Positions 63,141 through 64,000 of a DNA stretch of 64,000 nt are shown here, piece by piece. The notes under the pieces are model-generated. The model was not told the DNA's origin, made no database searches, and saw only the letters and a program-made list of their open reading frames with translations. The DNA is from Lama glama (Eukaryota), in the NCBI GenBank assembly GCA_028534125.1, contig CM052818.1:746001-810000 (forward strand), read 5' to 3'. The position numbers and the translations under genes were made by a program. Positions within the stretch are counted from its first letter, which is position 1. Each line of letters opens with the position of its first letter.

Positions 63141-64000
63141 TATTTATAATCACCTATAATTTTCTTCTCATTCAAGGAATTCAGCTCCAATAACTTGGCA
63201 TTTTATCACTTAGAAGAGTTTAAGTGTTGTATATAAACCTGTCAATCTTTTAATCCTCACAGGGTTATCACAAGTATTAAATGAGATAACATATTTAAGT
63301 CCCTCACTGCCATGACTACCACATGTGGATATTGATTAAACATTTTTTCCCTTTTTTCCAAGGCCAGTGCTCCCCAGTGCTACCTTCTCAACTATAAGGT
63401 GGAACTGGGTTATGTGCTTAGCCATACGGTAAGCATCTCATTAATGTAAAACTGAATTAATGACAGTCTTAAAATTAGGCTGAGTAATATAAGTCGAATG
63501 CATTTATCCCTAAACTGGGTTTCCATTCCTACAGACACTGTGAAGTTGAGTAACACATTAGGGGGTACGTTAAGTTGACATGTATTGCTGGTGATATTAA
63601 CTTTGATATTTGGCTAAAGTGATGTCTGCCAGGAATCTCCACTGAGAAGTTACCTTGTTTTCATTGCAAATACTAAATATTTGAGAGGAATCATGAAATG
63701 GAAACAGAGAGGGAGACAGGCAGCACATGCACATATCCCCACCCAAAGCCTCGTCTTCAGCTTATCTCCAATGTGATAAACAAGGAATTAGTAAACTGTA
63801 CCACTCAATGACTGAAGATTCTTCTCAGAGAAATTCAGTGTTTTAAAACACTTGATGTCAAGTCTTGTCAAAAGCCCTTTGAAAGTATAAATATACTACT
63901 TTCAGATGTTTCCTCTTACTCAGATATTTATTCCTTTAAAGACTTCTAGAGAAGGCAAATACAACCTGCTCTAAGAGAAATCATACTGCCTCTCCCCCAA

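Overview
This window is mammalian genomic DNA, most likely from a camelid (inferred from vic-1-like tRNA-derived SINEs, with no Alu, BovA/BovB or PRE-1 recognised). It lies entirely within the 3' half of ALMS1 (Alstrom syndrome protein 1) on the minus strand. Twelve coding exons, equivalent to human exons 11-22 (numbered by recalled homology), can be read with canonical GT-AG junctions. They splice into one uninterrupted frame (2920 nt = 1 nt + 973 codons) that ends within the C-terminal ALMS motif; exons 1-10 and the last exon lie outside the window. The introns are dominated by L1 LINEs of several ages, including a decayed near-full-length copy and a twin-primed inverted copy. They also hold SINEs, MIR/L2/CR1 fossils, MaLR LTRs, a solo ERV1-type LTR and Tigger/MER2 DNA transposons. 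The most notable observations are: (i) exons 13, 14 and 15 are tandem paralogs, and exon 14 has lost its ancestral acceptor (AG>GG) and shifted 24 nt in frame; (ii) a candidate in-frame 120-nt cassette exon in intron 16; (iii) an exon-16 read-through C-terminus that would drop the ALMS motif; (iv) an L1 that ends about 7 nt from the exon 11 donor. No prokaryote-type systems are present.
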